From: Myxococcota bacterium
GTDB taxonomy: Bacteria; Myxococcota_A; UBA9160; UBA6930
DNA length: 64,000 nt
Direction of reading: 5' to 3'
Assembly (NCBI GenBank): GCA_965223415.1
Contig: OZ245002.1
Location: 2,560,001-2,624,000, forward strand
Shown: piece after piece, positions 11,265-19,769 of the stretch
How the letters are laid out: each line of letters opens with the position of its first letter
How positions within the stretch are numbered: the stretch's first letter is position 1
Position numbers and translations under genes: made by a program
Notes under the pieces: generated by a model
Databases searched by the model: none
Told to the model about the DNA's origin: nothing
Seen by the model: only the letters and a program-made list of their open reading frames with translations

Positions 11265-11292
11265 AAGCTATCTAACGCTGTTAAAGTGTCAA
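11265..11292 (-). promoter_or_regulatory. Putative sigma70 promoter of the tetR-RND operon with an internal palindromic operator
   Basis: Minus strand TTGACA-N16-TAGCTT; TAACAGCGTTA palindrome (11273-11283) in the spacer. Confidence 0.6.
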
Positions 11293-11372
11293 GTTGTGCC
11301 CGCGACAATCGTGCTAGTGATTTCTGGCTAGGTCCGTTGCTCGGCGAACCCCCATTCACGCGCCCAAGACCG

Positions 11373-12461
11373 CTACGCGGCGTAGCGAAGCCGATGGTCG
11401 CGCGCCCTCGCAAGCTGACGGGTCGGGATCTTCCCGAAGTACGCCCGGCGCATCGAAGGGTCCAGAGGGGTGCGCGAGGGGAAGATCCGCTCGGCGAAGA
11501 TCGCAGCCCAGTTGAGCGGAGCCGCCTCGAGGCCGAGCCGCATCGCCGGCGTACCGCCACCCCGCCGCTCCGAGAGCTGCTTGACGTGGTTGCGCCACAC
11601 CCGGTGGATCGCCTCCCGCCACAGCATGGCCTGGTTGCGCTTCGAGAAGGCGATCGTCTCCCGCTTGTGGTTCGCCCCGTCATGACGCAGCAAGAAGTGG
11701 TAGAGGTTGACGGGGAAGAGCGGGTTCTGCGGAGTCCGCGGGGCCTTCGAGGACGTGACCTCGTGATGGATGGACCAGGGGGCCAAGGCGGGCGGATACT
11801 GGCGGTGGTCGTCGGAGCGCACGATGGCGCTGGCCCCTTCGGGGAGGATCCGGGCCAGGGCCTCGGCCACACCGCGCTGGACGGATCGGGGAGAGGGCCG
11901 GCCGTAGTGGGCCTCGAGCTCCTGGCGCCGGGCCTTCTGCTCGGGCGTCATGCGGCCCTTGCGCCGGAGCTCGGAGACGGTCGTGGCGTAGACGAAGTGG
12001 CTCTCGGCCCCGACCAGGGTGTTCAGGTGGGTGACCCAGTACTGGCTGAACTCGAAGGTCTCGAAGCCGTCGAGGACGAGGGGCTCGGTGGGAGCGGCGC
12101 GGGGGCGTCGCCGCTCGTGGTAGAGAAGGCAGTGACGGCCGGCGCGGGCGAGGTGGAGGGCAACGGTGGAGGGGGAAACGCCGTAGAGACGGGCCATCTG
12201 GCGCAGGCCGGAGCAGGCCAGGCTGGTCTGCAGCAGGAGGCCGAGCAGGTCGGGCCGCTTGAGCCAGTAGGTGGTGGAGAAGGTCTGGGTACTGAAGGAC
12301 CGGCGGCAGCGTGAACAGCGGTACCGCTGGATGCGGCGGCCGTCGCACTGGCGGTGGTGGAATCCGTCGCGCTTGTAGCGCCAACCCCCTGGATCCGAGT
12401 GGTACCGGCACTGCGGGTTCGGGCAGTGGGGCGGCTGAAAGGCCTGCGGCGACGAGGACAT
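11373..12461 (-). CDS. IS1-like DDE transposase with N-terminal zinc ribbon and HTH
   Basis: CPNPQC...QRYRCSRCRRSF; SGLRQMARLYGVSPSTV; LDGFETFE, VRSDD, HKRETIAFSKR, TPAMRLGL. Confidence 0.8.
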   Translation of the reverse strand: MSSSPQAFQPPHCPNPQCRYHSDPGGWRYKRDGFHHRQCDGRRIQRYRCSRCRRSFSTQTFSTTYWLKRPDLLGLLLQTSLACSGLRQMARLYGVSPSTVALHLARAGRHCLLYHERRRPRAAPTEPLVLDGFETFEFSQYWVTHLNTLVGAESHFVYATTVSELRRKGRMTPEQKARRQELEAHYGRPSPRSVQRGVAEALARILPEGASAIVRSDDHRQYPPALAPWSIHHEVTSSKAPRTPQNPLFPVNLYHFLLRHDGANHKRETIAFSKRNQAMLWREAIHRVWRNHVKQLSERRGGGTPAMRLGLEAAPLNWAAIFAERIFPSRTPLDPSMRRAYFGKIPTRQLARARDHRLRYAA

Positions 12462-12473
12462 GCCGCCTGCCAC

Positions 12474-12489
12474 TGCCAACCACGTGCCA
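12474..12489 (-). promoter_or_regulatory. Sigma54-like -24/-12 motif upstream of the transposase
   Basis: TGGCACGTGGTTGGCA with correct GG-N10-GC spacing, about 13 nt before the ATG. Confidence 0.4.
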
Positions 12490-12555
12490 GCACGATTCTC
12501 CCGGGCACATCAAAAGTGTCAAGCTGGCTGGCTCCCGTGCCGCTATCCTGCGCCC

Positions 12556-12639
12556 ATGACCGCGCTCCGCAGCCACCTCCCCCCCTTCCCCATGGGCATG
12601 CCCGCGGCGCCTCGCCGTCGGGAGGAGGTGGGCGTGTAG
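12556..12639 (+). CDS. Putative leader peptide MTALRSHLPPFPMGMPAAPRRREEVGV
   Basis: 27-aa uORF 6 nt after TATCCT (-10); contains an MGM motif; followed by an intrinsic terminator and then the MetRS gene. Confidence 0.55.
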   Translation: MTALRSHLPPFPMGMPAAPRRREEVGV

Positions 12640-12668
12640 CCCATTCGCCAACCCGGCCCGGCGAGGCG

Positions 12669-12702
12669 CCCCGATCGGACGTTCCGGTCGGGGTTTTTCT
12701 TT
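12669..12702 (+). terminator. Intrinsic terminator (attenuator) upstream of the MetRS gene
   Basis: CCCCGATCGGA-CGT-TCCGGTCGGGG hairpin followed by TTTTTCTTT. Confidence 0.75.
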
Positions 12703-14209
12703 GCCCGCTCGCCAGAAGGAGTCCCGCCTTGGGAATGCCCATGACCCGATCGCCCTCACCACACCCATCTACTATGTGAACGGTCCGCCCCACCTGGGCC
12801 ACGCGAGCTGCACGGTCGCCGTGGACGCGGTGGCCCGGCACCATCGCGGCCGCGGCCGGTCGGTCTTCTTCCAGACCGGCACCGACGAGCACGGGCTCAA
12901 CGTGGAGCGCACCGCCGCGCGGGAGGGCCTGCACCCGCGGGCGCTCGCCGACCGCAACGCGGAGCGCTACAGGGCCGCCTGGGACGCCCTCGACGTCCGC
13001 CCGGACCGCTTCCTCCGCACGACGGAAGCGGCCCACCACCGGGCGGCCCAGGCGCTCTGGCGCCGGCTCGAGCGCGCAGGTGCCCTTCGTCGGGGCACCT
13101 ACGAGGGCTCCTACTGCGCGCCCTGCGAGGCCTTCCTGGCGGAGGCCGAGCTCGGGCCGGGCGGGCGTTGCCCCGTCCACGGCGTGCCCTGCGAGCGGCA
13201 GCGGGAGACCAACACCTTCCTGTGTCTCTCGCGCCAGGCCGCGGCGTTGCGGGCCCTCGTCGCCGAGAGCGGCTTCGTGGAGCCCCGCAGCTACCGGGGC
13301 GAGGTGCTCGGCTGGTTCGATCGCGGCCTGCCGGACCTCTCCCTCACCCGACAGAGCGTGCGCTGGGGCATCCCCGCGCCGGGGCTGCCAGGAGAGGTGC
13401 TCTACGTGTTCGGTGCCGACGCCCTCACCAACTACCTCACCGGCCAGGGCTTCCCGGATCCGGAAGGTGCGTGGCCCACGCTCTTCCCGCGCACGGTCCA
13501 CGTGATCGGCAAGGAGATCCTGCGTTTCCACGCGCTCTCGTGGCCGGGGCTGCTGCGCGCGGCCGGGCTGCCGCTGCCGAGGGGGCTGCGGGTCCACGGC
13601 CACTTCACCGTGGAGGGGGAGAAGATCTCCAAGACCCGTGGCAACGCGGTCGATCCGCTGGCGCTGGCGGAGGAGGTCGGCGCGGACGCCCTGCGCTTCT
13701 TCCTGCTGCGCAGCAAGCCCTTCGATCGGGACGGCGACTTCTCCCGGGGCCGAGCCGTTCGCCAGTGGAACGCGGAGCTGGCCGGCGGCCTCGGCAATTG
13801 GGCCCAGCGCGTGGCGGCCCTCGGCGACCGCGCCGGCCGGATCGGCGCTGCCGTCCCGGCGGTGCGCGCTGCCGACGACTTCCGGTTGCTCGCAGCAGCC
13901 GCCGGAGCCGAGCGTGCCGCGGCGGAAGCCTACGAGGAGTTCGCGTTCCACCGGGCCCTCGGCGAGGCCGCGTCGCTGGTGGCCGAGGCGAGCCGGCACC
14001 TGGAGGCGGTGGCACCGTGGGCTCTGCTCCGGAGCGGAGGCGCTGCCGATCGGCGGCGCTGCGCGGAGGCGTTGGAAGCGCACCGGCGTGCCCTCGCGGT
14101 GGCGGCGCGCATCGTCGCTCCGGTCACGCCGCGGGCCGCGGCGGTCCTGGCCGCCCGGCTGGAAAGCGGCCTGCCTCCGGGCCCGCCGATCTTCCCGCGG
14201 CTCGAGTGA
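12701..14209 (+). CDS. metG: Methionine--tRNA ligase, divergent short form; start region appears frameshifted
   Basis: TTPIYYVNGPPHLGH, TGTDEHG, CAPCE/CPVH knuckle, IGKEILRFH, KISKT, DALRFFL, IFPR. The start codons after the RBS are out of frame. Confidence 0.85.
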   Translation: MPARQKESRLGNAHDPIALTTPIYYVNGPPHLGHASCTVAVDAVARHHRGRGRSVFFQTGTDEHGLNVERTAAREGLHPRALADRNAERYRAAWDALDVRPDRFLRTTEAAHHRAAQALWRRLERAGALRRGTYEGSYCAPCEAFLAEAELGPGGRCPVHGVPCERQRETNTFLCLSRQAAALRALVAESGFVEPRSYRGEVLGWFDRGLPDLSLTRQSVRWGIPAPGLPGEVLYVFGADALTNYLTGQGFPDPEGAWPTLFPRTVHVIGKEILRFHALSWPGLLRAAGLPLPRGLRVHGHFTVEGEKISKTRGNAVDPLALAEEVGADALRFFLLRSKPFDRDGDFSRGRAVRQWNAELAGGLGNWAQRVAALGDRAGRIGAAVPAVRAADDFRLLAAAAGAERAAAEAYEEFAFHRALGEAASLVAEASRHLEAVAPWALLRSGGAADRRRCAEALEAHRRALAVAARIVAPVTPRAAAVLAARLESGLPPGPPIFPRLE

Positions 14210-14230
14210 GTCGCGTATGCTGGGCTCGCC

Positions 14231-15238
14231 ATGAGCAGCCGGGCCAGGAATGCGGTGTTCGCGTCGGTGACGGCGGGGGTCTCGATCGCCGCCGTGCTGC
14301 TCGGCGCCGAGGTGCTGCTACGGCTGAACGGGTTCGAGCCTTTCCGGCCCCACGCCGTCGACGCGGACGAGCCGGCGATCTTCGAGCCCCATCCCACCCT
14401 CGGCTGGGTGCACCGACCGGGCGAGCACCTCTTCCCGCCGTTCTCGCCCGGCGCCGAGGAGGTGCGCATGCGCTTCCTGGCCGACGGAAGCCGCGCCACC
14501 GGCCACGCCGCTCCCGCCGGACGCCCCTCCCTCGTGCTGGTCGGCGGCTCCTTCACCGAGGGCTTCGCCGTGAACGACGAGGACACCTTCGCCTGGAAGC
14601 TGCAGGCCCGCTTCCCCGAGCTCGCCGTGCGCAACTTCGGAACCGGCGGCTACGGAACCCACCAGTCGCTGCTCGTGCTCGAGCGGCTGCTGGAAGAGGA
14701 TCCGCCGCCTCGGCGGGTCGTGTACGGCTACTACGCCGAGCACGAGATCCGCAACGTCGCCGCTCCGGACTGGCTCGAGGCGTTGACGCGCTTCTCCCGC
14801 AGGCACGACGACGTGGCCGTTCCCTACGCAAGCCTCGAAGGGGACCGCCTGCTGCGTCACCCCCCCGGCCGCTACCCGCTCTGGCCGCTGGGCGATCGCA
14901 CGGCGACCGTGGCCTTCTTCCAGGATCGCTGGGCAGATCTCACGGGCGCGGCCCGCGTGCCCCAGCGGCGGCAGGTGACGGAGCGGCTGATCCGCCTGAT
15001 GCACCGCCGATGCGAAGAGCGCGGCACGGAGTTCCTCGTGGTGTTCCTCCTGGCGAACGCCCCGACTCGCACCGCGTACGGCAAGGCCCTCGACGCGGCG
15101 GGCGTGCCGTGGGCGGATTGCTACCGCCGGCTGGCGCCGAGCCTGCGCGTCCCCGGCGACGGCCACCCCAACGGGAAGCTCCACGGCATGTGGAGCCGCT
15201 GCATCGCGACAGCACTCGAGAGGGCCTCCGGGAGCTGA
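14231..15238 (+). CDS. SGNH/GDSL-like hydrolase, membrane anchored
   Basis: N-terminal TM with AEVLLR; VGGSFTEG; NFGTGGYGT; DGHPN. Confidence 0.75.
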   Translation: MSSRARNAVFASVTAGVSIAAVLLGAEVLLRLNGFEPFRPHAVDADEPAIFEPHPTLGWVHRPGEHLFPPFSPGAEEVRMRFLADGSRATGHAAPAGRPSLVLVGGSFTEGFAVNDEDTFAWKLQARFPELAVRNFGTGGYGTHQSLLVLERLLEEDPPPRRVVYGYYAEHEIRNVAAPDWLEALTRFSRRHDDVAVPYASLEGDRLLRHPPGRYPLWPLGDRTATVAFFQDRWADLTGAARVPQRRQVTERLIRLMHRRCEERGTEFLVVFLLANAPTRTAYGKALDAAGVPWADCYRRLAPSLRVPGDGHPNGKLHGMWSRCIATALERASGS

Positions 15239-15286
15239 GCGCGGCTGGGGTACGCTCCTCCGGCCCCGTGCGAGAGAGGATTCGCC

Positions 15287-16729
15287 GTGTCGTCGCCGCT
15301 CCTGGATAGGCTGCCCGGATGGAGCGGCGAGGGGCTCGTGCTCCTGCTCCTCCTGGCGCTGTCCACGGCCTACGTCGTCGGGCTGCCCTCCTTCGAAGGG
15401 CCCGACGAAAGCGAGCACGCCCGTTACGTGCAGGCCTGGGCCGAGGGCGGCGACGTGCATCCGATCGATCCAGAGCAGCCGCTGCGCTGGGGCTACCAGG
15501 TGCATCATCCCCCGCTCTACTACGCCCTGGCCGGCACCCTGGCCCGCGGGCTGGGCGTGACCTTCCACGAATCCCTGGTGATCAACGCGGCGCAGAACCG
15601 CCGCTTTCCCTTCCTCCGTCACGACACGTCCGGACAGGTCTTTCCCTACGACGACGTGCATCGCGGCCTGCACCTGCTGCGCCTCTTCTCGGTGGTGCTC
15701 GGCGTCCTCACCTTCTTCGTGCTCCGGCACGGCTTCCGGCTGCTGTTTCCGGACGAGCCTGCCGCGAGGGTCTTCCTGCTGGGCGCGGCCCTGCTGGCTC
15801 CGAACACGCTGCAGCTCTTCGGAATCGTGGCCAACGACGCGCTGAACCTGCTCCTGAGTTCATCGCTGCTCGTGCTCGCGATCCGCATCCTGCGCGAGGC
15901 ACGGCCGGGGATCGGCGCCTTCGCGCTGACCGGGGCCTGTGCGGGCCTGGCCGTGCTCTCGAAGCTCACCGGGCTCGCGGCCCTGGCCGTGGCGGGAAGC
16001 GCCTGGGCGGTCGATGCCCTGGTGAACCGGCGCCTCGGTGTGTATCTGCGAGGGATGGTGGGCTTCCTGCCGGTGTTCCTGCTGCTCACCGCGCCGTGGC
16101 TCGCCGCCAACGTCGAGTGGTACGGCGATCCCACCCGGGAGAGCCTGCTTCGCCAGCTCACGCCGGCCTTCCACCTGGGTGCGCCGCGTCCGCTGGCGAA
16201 GGTCTTCGAGATCATCGCCGACCACCTTCCGTTCCAGCTCGCGGTCGATCTCGGCTGGCAGTCGATCCGTCTCCGGGAGCTCGGCTCGGCGCTCTTCACG
16301 CCCTGGCTACTCGGCGTGCTCGGCTCCGGCGCCCTCGCCTTCCGCCGGGCCGGGCAGGAGCGACGCCTGGCCGCGGAACGCCTGATTCCCTTGATCGCCC
16401 TGGTCTGGAGCCTCGTCCTGCTGGTCGTCGCCAACCGCGAATGGACCAATCTCCAGATCCGGCACGTCTGGTGCCTCTATCCGTTCACCCTCGCCGGCGT
16501 CGTGTACGTCCTGGGGCTCCTGCCCGAGAACTGGCAGCGACGGGGACCCGTCGCTGCCGGCGCCGCCCTGGCCGGGCTGCTGCTGCTGAATGCCCACGTC
16601 CTTACGATCTTCCGGGAGTTCTACGAACCCCACAGCAGCAGCCGGATGAACCGGGACTACTACACCTATCTCTACACCCAGGTGAGGGACCGGGACCGGG
16701 CTCAGCAGTACCTTCGGAACGGACGATGA
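15287..16729 (+). CDS. GT-C fold membrane glycosyltransferase (ArnT/GT39/DUF2142-like)
   Basis: PSFEGPDESEH, YQVHHPPLYY, NDAL, GLAVLSKLTG; many TM segments. Confidence 0.75.
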   Translation: MSSPLLDRLPGWSGEGLVLLLLLALSTAYVVGLPSFEGPDESEHARYVQAWAEGGDVHPIDPEQPLRWGYQVHHPPLYYALAGTLARGLGVTFHESLVINAAQNRRFPFLRHDTSGQVFPYDDVHRGLHLLRLFSVVLGVLTFFVLRHGFRLLFPDEPAARVFLLGAALLAPNTLQLFGIVANDALNLLLSSSLLVLAIRILREARPGIGAFALTGACAGLAVLSKLTGLAALAVAGSAWAVDALVNRRLGVYLRGMVGFLPVFLLLTAPWLAANVEWYGDPTRESLLRQLTPAFHLGAPRPLAKVFEIIADHLPFQLAVDLGWQSIRLRELGSALFTPWLLGVLGSGALAFRRAGQERRLAAERLIPLIALVWSLVLLVVANREWTNLQIRHVWCLYPFTLAGVVYVLGLLPENWQRRGPVAAGAALAGLLLLNAHVLTIFREFYEPHSSSRMNRDYYTYLYTQVRDRDRAQQYLRNGR

Positions 16730-17688
16730 GCGCGGCGATGCTGACGATCCTGATCCCGATCCTCGACGACTGGGAATCCCTGGCGGCGCTGCTGCCGGCG
16801 ATCGACGAGGCCGTGGGGGCGATGGAGGGGCCCGTCCGGGTCGTGGTCGTGGACGACGCCAGCGAGAAGGCCCCGACGCCCCTGACGCCGTGCCCGCACC
16901 TGGAGCGGGTCGACGTGCTGCGGCTGCGCAGGAACGTCGGCCACCAGAGCGCCATCGCTCTCGGCCTGGCCTGGTGCCACGAGAACCTCCCCGCCTCGCC
17001 CGTCCTCGTGATGGACGGCGACGGAGAGGACGCCCCCTCGGACGTCCCGCGCCTCTTTGCCGCCTTCGAGGCGGAGGGCGGCGGCCGGGTCGTGTTCGCC
17101 GAGCGCAGCCGCCGGGCCGAGAGCCTCCGCTTCCGCTTCTTCTACCTCCTCTATCGCGTCGCCCACTGGCTGCTCACCGGTCGTCGCATCCGGTTCGGGA
17201 ACTTCAGCGTGATTCCCGCGGCGCGGGTGAGGCAGCTGGTCGTGGCCTCGGAGCTCTCGGTCCACTACGCAGCCGCCGTGGTGAAGTCGCGCATCCCCCA
17301 CGTGCTGGTGCCGACCGATCGGCGCCCGCGGATCTCCGGCGCCTCGGGGATGAACTTCGTCGCACTGGTGGTGCACGGCTTCAACGCGCTCTCGGTCTTC
17401 GGTGAGGAGGTGATCACGCGGGTGCTCCTCGCCGGCGGCGCGATCATGGCCGCGTGCGTCGCGGGCGCGGGCACGGTCGCCGGCGTGCGGCTGTTCACCG
17501 ACCTGGCCGTTCCGGGCTGGGCCACCTACGTGCTGGCGCTCCTCGCCGTCATCTTCCTCCAGACCCTGGCCATCTGCTTCGTGACCAGCTTCGTCGTGCT
17601 GAACCTGAAGCGACAGGCGCCGATGATCCCGGAGCGTGACCACCCTCTCTACGTCGACCGCTTCGAGCCCTACCCCGGAAGTGCATGA
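16726..17688 (+). CDS. GT2 glycosyltransferase (polyprenol-phosphate sugar synthase-like)
   Basis: VVVDDAS, RNVGHQSAI, MDGDGED, two C-terminal TM segments. Confidence 0.85.
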   Translation: MSAAMLTILIPILDDWESLAALLPAIDEAVGAMEGPVRVVVVDDASEKAPTPLTPCPHLERVDVLRLRRNVGHQSAIALGLAWCHENLPASPVLVMDGDGEDAPSDVPRLFAAFEAEGGGRVVFAERSRRAESLRFRFFYLLYRVAHWLLTGRRIRFGNFSVIPAARVRQLVVASELSVHYAAAVVKSRIPHVLVPTDRRPRISGASGMNFVALVVHGFNALSVFGEEVITRVLLAGGAIMAACVAGAGTVAGVRLFTDLAVPGWATYVLALLAVIFLQTLAICFVTSFVVLNLKRQAPMIPERDHPLYVDRFEPYPGSA

Positions 17689-18398
17689 GCGCCGCGCCCT
17701 ACGCCTACGTCGGCAGCGAGCTCGAGCTGTTCGAGCAGGCGGTGCACTGGAAGGCCTGGATCGGCGAGGTGCTGACGCCCTACCTGCGGGGCGAGGTGCT
17801 CGAGGTGGGTGCCGGCATCGGGGGGACCACGCCCTTCCTGCTGAACGAGGCCGTCACCGGGTGGTGTTGCCTCGAGCCCGATCCGGAGCTCGCCGGATGC
17901 ATCGCGGCCAAGGTCGCGGACGGGGCGCTCCCGGCGCGCTGCACCGGGCGAACGGGGACGCTGGCCGAGCTCCCGCCGGACGCGAACTTCGATGCGATCG
18001 CCTACCTGGACGTGCTCGAGCACATCGAGGACGACACCGGCGAGCTGCGGGATGCGGCGGCGCGGCTCCGCCCCGGCGGCCACCTGATCGTGCTCGGCCC
18101 GGCCTGGCCGTGGCTCACCTCGCCCTTCGACGAGGCCATCGGGCATCACCGCCGCTACACGCGGGCCTCCCTCTCCGCGCTCGCACCGCCGCAGACGACC
18201 GAGATCGCGAGCCGCTACCTGGACGCCGCCGGCCTCCTCGCCTCCGCGGGCAACCGCCTGCTCCTGCGCAGCGCGCAGCCGAGCGCCGCCCAGATCCGCT
18301 TCTGGGACCGACGCCTGGTGCCCCTCTCCCGTCGCCTCGACCCGCTGCTGGGCAACCGCGTCGGCAAGTCCGTGCTCGTCGTGTGGCGTCGGCATTGA
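17685..18398 (+). CDS. Class I SAM-dependent methyltransferase
   Basis: VLEVGAGIG; DVLEHIEDD; LRPGG; DEAIGHHRRY. Confidence 0.85.
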   Translation: MSAAPYAYVGSELELFEQAVHWKAWIGEVLTPYLRGEVLEVGAGIGGTTPFLLNEAVTGWCCLEPDPELAGCIAAKVADGALPARCTGRTGTLAELPPDANFDAIAYLDVLEHIEDDTGELRDAAARLRPGGHLIVLGPAWPWLTSPFDEAIGHHRRYTRASLSALAPPQTTEIASRYLDAAGLLASAGNRLLLRSAQPSAAQIRFWDRRLVPLSRRLDPLLGNRVGKSVLVVWRRH

Positions 18399-18404
18399 GC
18401 ACGA

Positions 18405-19769
18405 TCAGCTCGTCGCCATCACGAAGGAGGCCCGCTTCGGAAACAGGGCCTCGACCAGCGCGTCTTCCTCGACCTGCACGTCCGGGAAGGCGTCCTCCAG
18501 CTCGCGAAGGGAGCGGTGCCCGAAGAGCAGGTGGAGGAAGGTCAGATCGGGGAAGGCGGCGTCGCCGGGCTCGTCGGTGGAGGGACGCCACGGCGTCACC
18601 CCGGCCAGCCGGCCCTTTTCGAAGGCGAGGCGCAGGCCGGTGCGGTAGAAGCTCAGGGAGAGGATCCCGTCGTGGCCCTCGAAGGGCGAGCCCTCCAGTC
18701 GCGCCTCGAGTGCCGGCGCCACGTGCCGCAGGAACGCGCCCAGGTCGGGCACCCGCACGTACCAGGCATAGGCACGGCGTCGCTCGCCGGTTGCGCCCAG
18801 CACCTCGTAGGCGGGATGGTCGGTACCGAGCATGAGAGCGGCGCCGGCGTGCTCCTCCTCGCCCTGCTCCGCCAGCCGGCCACCCAGCTCGCGCAGGTGA
18901 TGGAGCGCCGCGTCCAGCGGCGGCCCCCAGGCTGCGCCCTTCGCCACCTCGAGCATCGTCGTCCAGGTGTGGCCGTGGTCGAGCAGGATCGGGACGTGGT
19001 TGAACACGGCCCGCGGCTCGCCGGCCTCGGTCTCCACGACCTTGAGCTGGCGGGTCTGGGTCGTCAGGCCGTGGCGCCCGCCCACCTCGAAGCGCCAGAA
19101 GTCCTCGTCGCGCTTGCAGGTCAGGCGGTAGCGCTCCATCGCGTGGTCGTAGGTGGCGGCCAGGAAGGACGCGTCCCGCTCCTCCGCCGGCCGGACGCGC
19201 AGGCCGGCCACGGGCTCCTTCGGGAGCTTCGTCCGCGAGGCCTTCCGGCCTCCGAACCGTTGGGCGGCCATCTCGTAGCCGTACTGGCGGTAGTACCAGG
19301 GAATGCCGTCGATCACCTGCATCAGGTCGCCGCCCTCGTCGCTCCAGCGGTGCACCTCGGCGAACTGCCGCGCGACGAGACGCTTGTGACGATAGGCGGG
19401 ATGGGTGCCCACCAGCTCCGGCATGCCTGCCGGCAGCTCGATGCCGTCGTAGGCGAAGCGGTGGCGCAGCAGGCACAGGCTGGAGGCGAGCCGGTCGCGC
19501 TCCGTATCGTGGACGAGCAGGAAGTCCCGCGCCCGCGCGGAGGGATGGCTCCCGTCCATCAGCTGCCGGACCCAGTGCCCGATGTGCGCGAAGGGCTCGA
19601 AATCGGGCGGGTCGGCCTGCACGACGGACTGGAACTCGGCGATCGCGTCGATGTCCTCGTCGCGGGCGCGACGCAGCACGAGCCCGTCGCCGAGCTCTTC
19701 GATGCGGTCTTCGGGGCGGCACGGGCCGGGAGCGGGAATCCCGTCGAAATCGGTCGGATCCTGGGGCAT
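18405..19769 (-). CDS. GNAT family acetyltransferase (Eis-like, multi-domain)
   Basis: ELVGTHPAYRHKRLV; GIPWYYRQYGYEMA; SCP2-like C-terminus (FLHLLFGHRS). Confidence 0.75.
   Translation of the reverse strand: MPQDPTDFDGIPAPGPCRPEDRIEELGDGLVLRRARDEDIDAIAEFQSVVQADPPDFEPFAHIGHWVRQLMDGSHPSARARDFLLVHDTERDRLASSLCLLRHRFAYDGIELPAGMPELVGTHPAYRHKRLVARQFAEVHRWSDEGGDLMQVIDGIPWYYRQYGYEMAAQRFGGRKASRTKLPKEPVAGLRVRPAEERDASFLAATYDHAMERYRLTCKRDEDFWRFEVGGRHGLTTQTRQLKVVETEAGEPRAVFNHVPILLDHGHTWTTMLEVAKGAAWGPPLDAALHHLRELGGRLAEQGEEEHAGAALMLGTDHPAYEVLGATGERRRAYAWYVRVPDLGAFLRHVAPALEARLEGSPFEGHDGILSLSFYRTGLRLAFEKGRLAGVTPWRPSTDEPGDAAFPDLTFLHLLFGHRSLRELEDAFPDVQVEEDALVEALFPKRASFVMATS

Larger units (their letters stand above)
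11292..12512 (-). mobile_element. IS1-like insertion sequence
   Basis: Imperfect IRs TGTGCCCGCGACAATCGTGCT (11295-11315) and reverse complement of 12489-12509, 19/21 identical; flanking direct repeat AAAGTGTCA(AG) at 11283 and 12513; single transposase ORF. Confidence 0.8.

Noticed and set aside
12556..12702. T-box or SAM riboswitch upstream of metG
   Set aside because: No T-box consensus or SAM-I core was recognised; uORF plus terminator fits better, though an Rfam scan was not run
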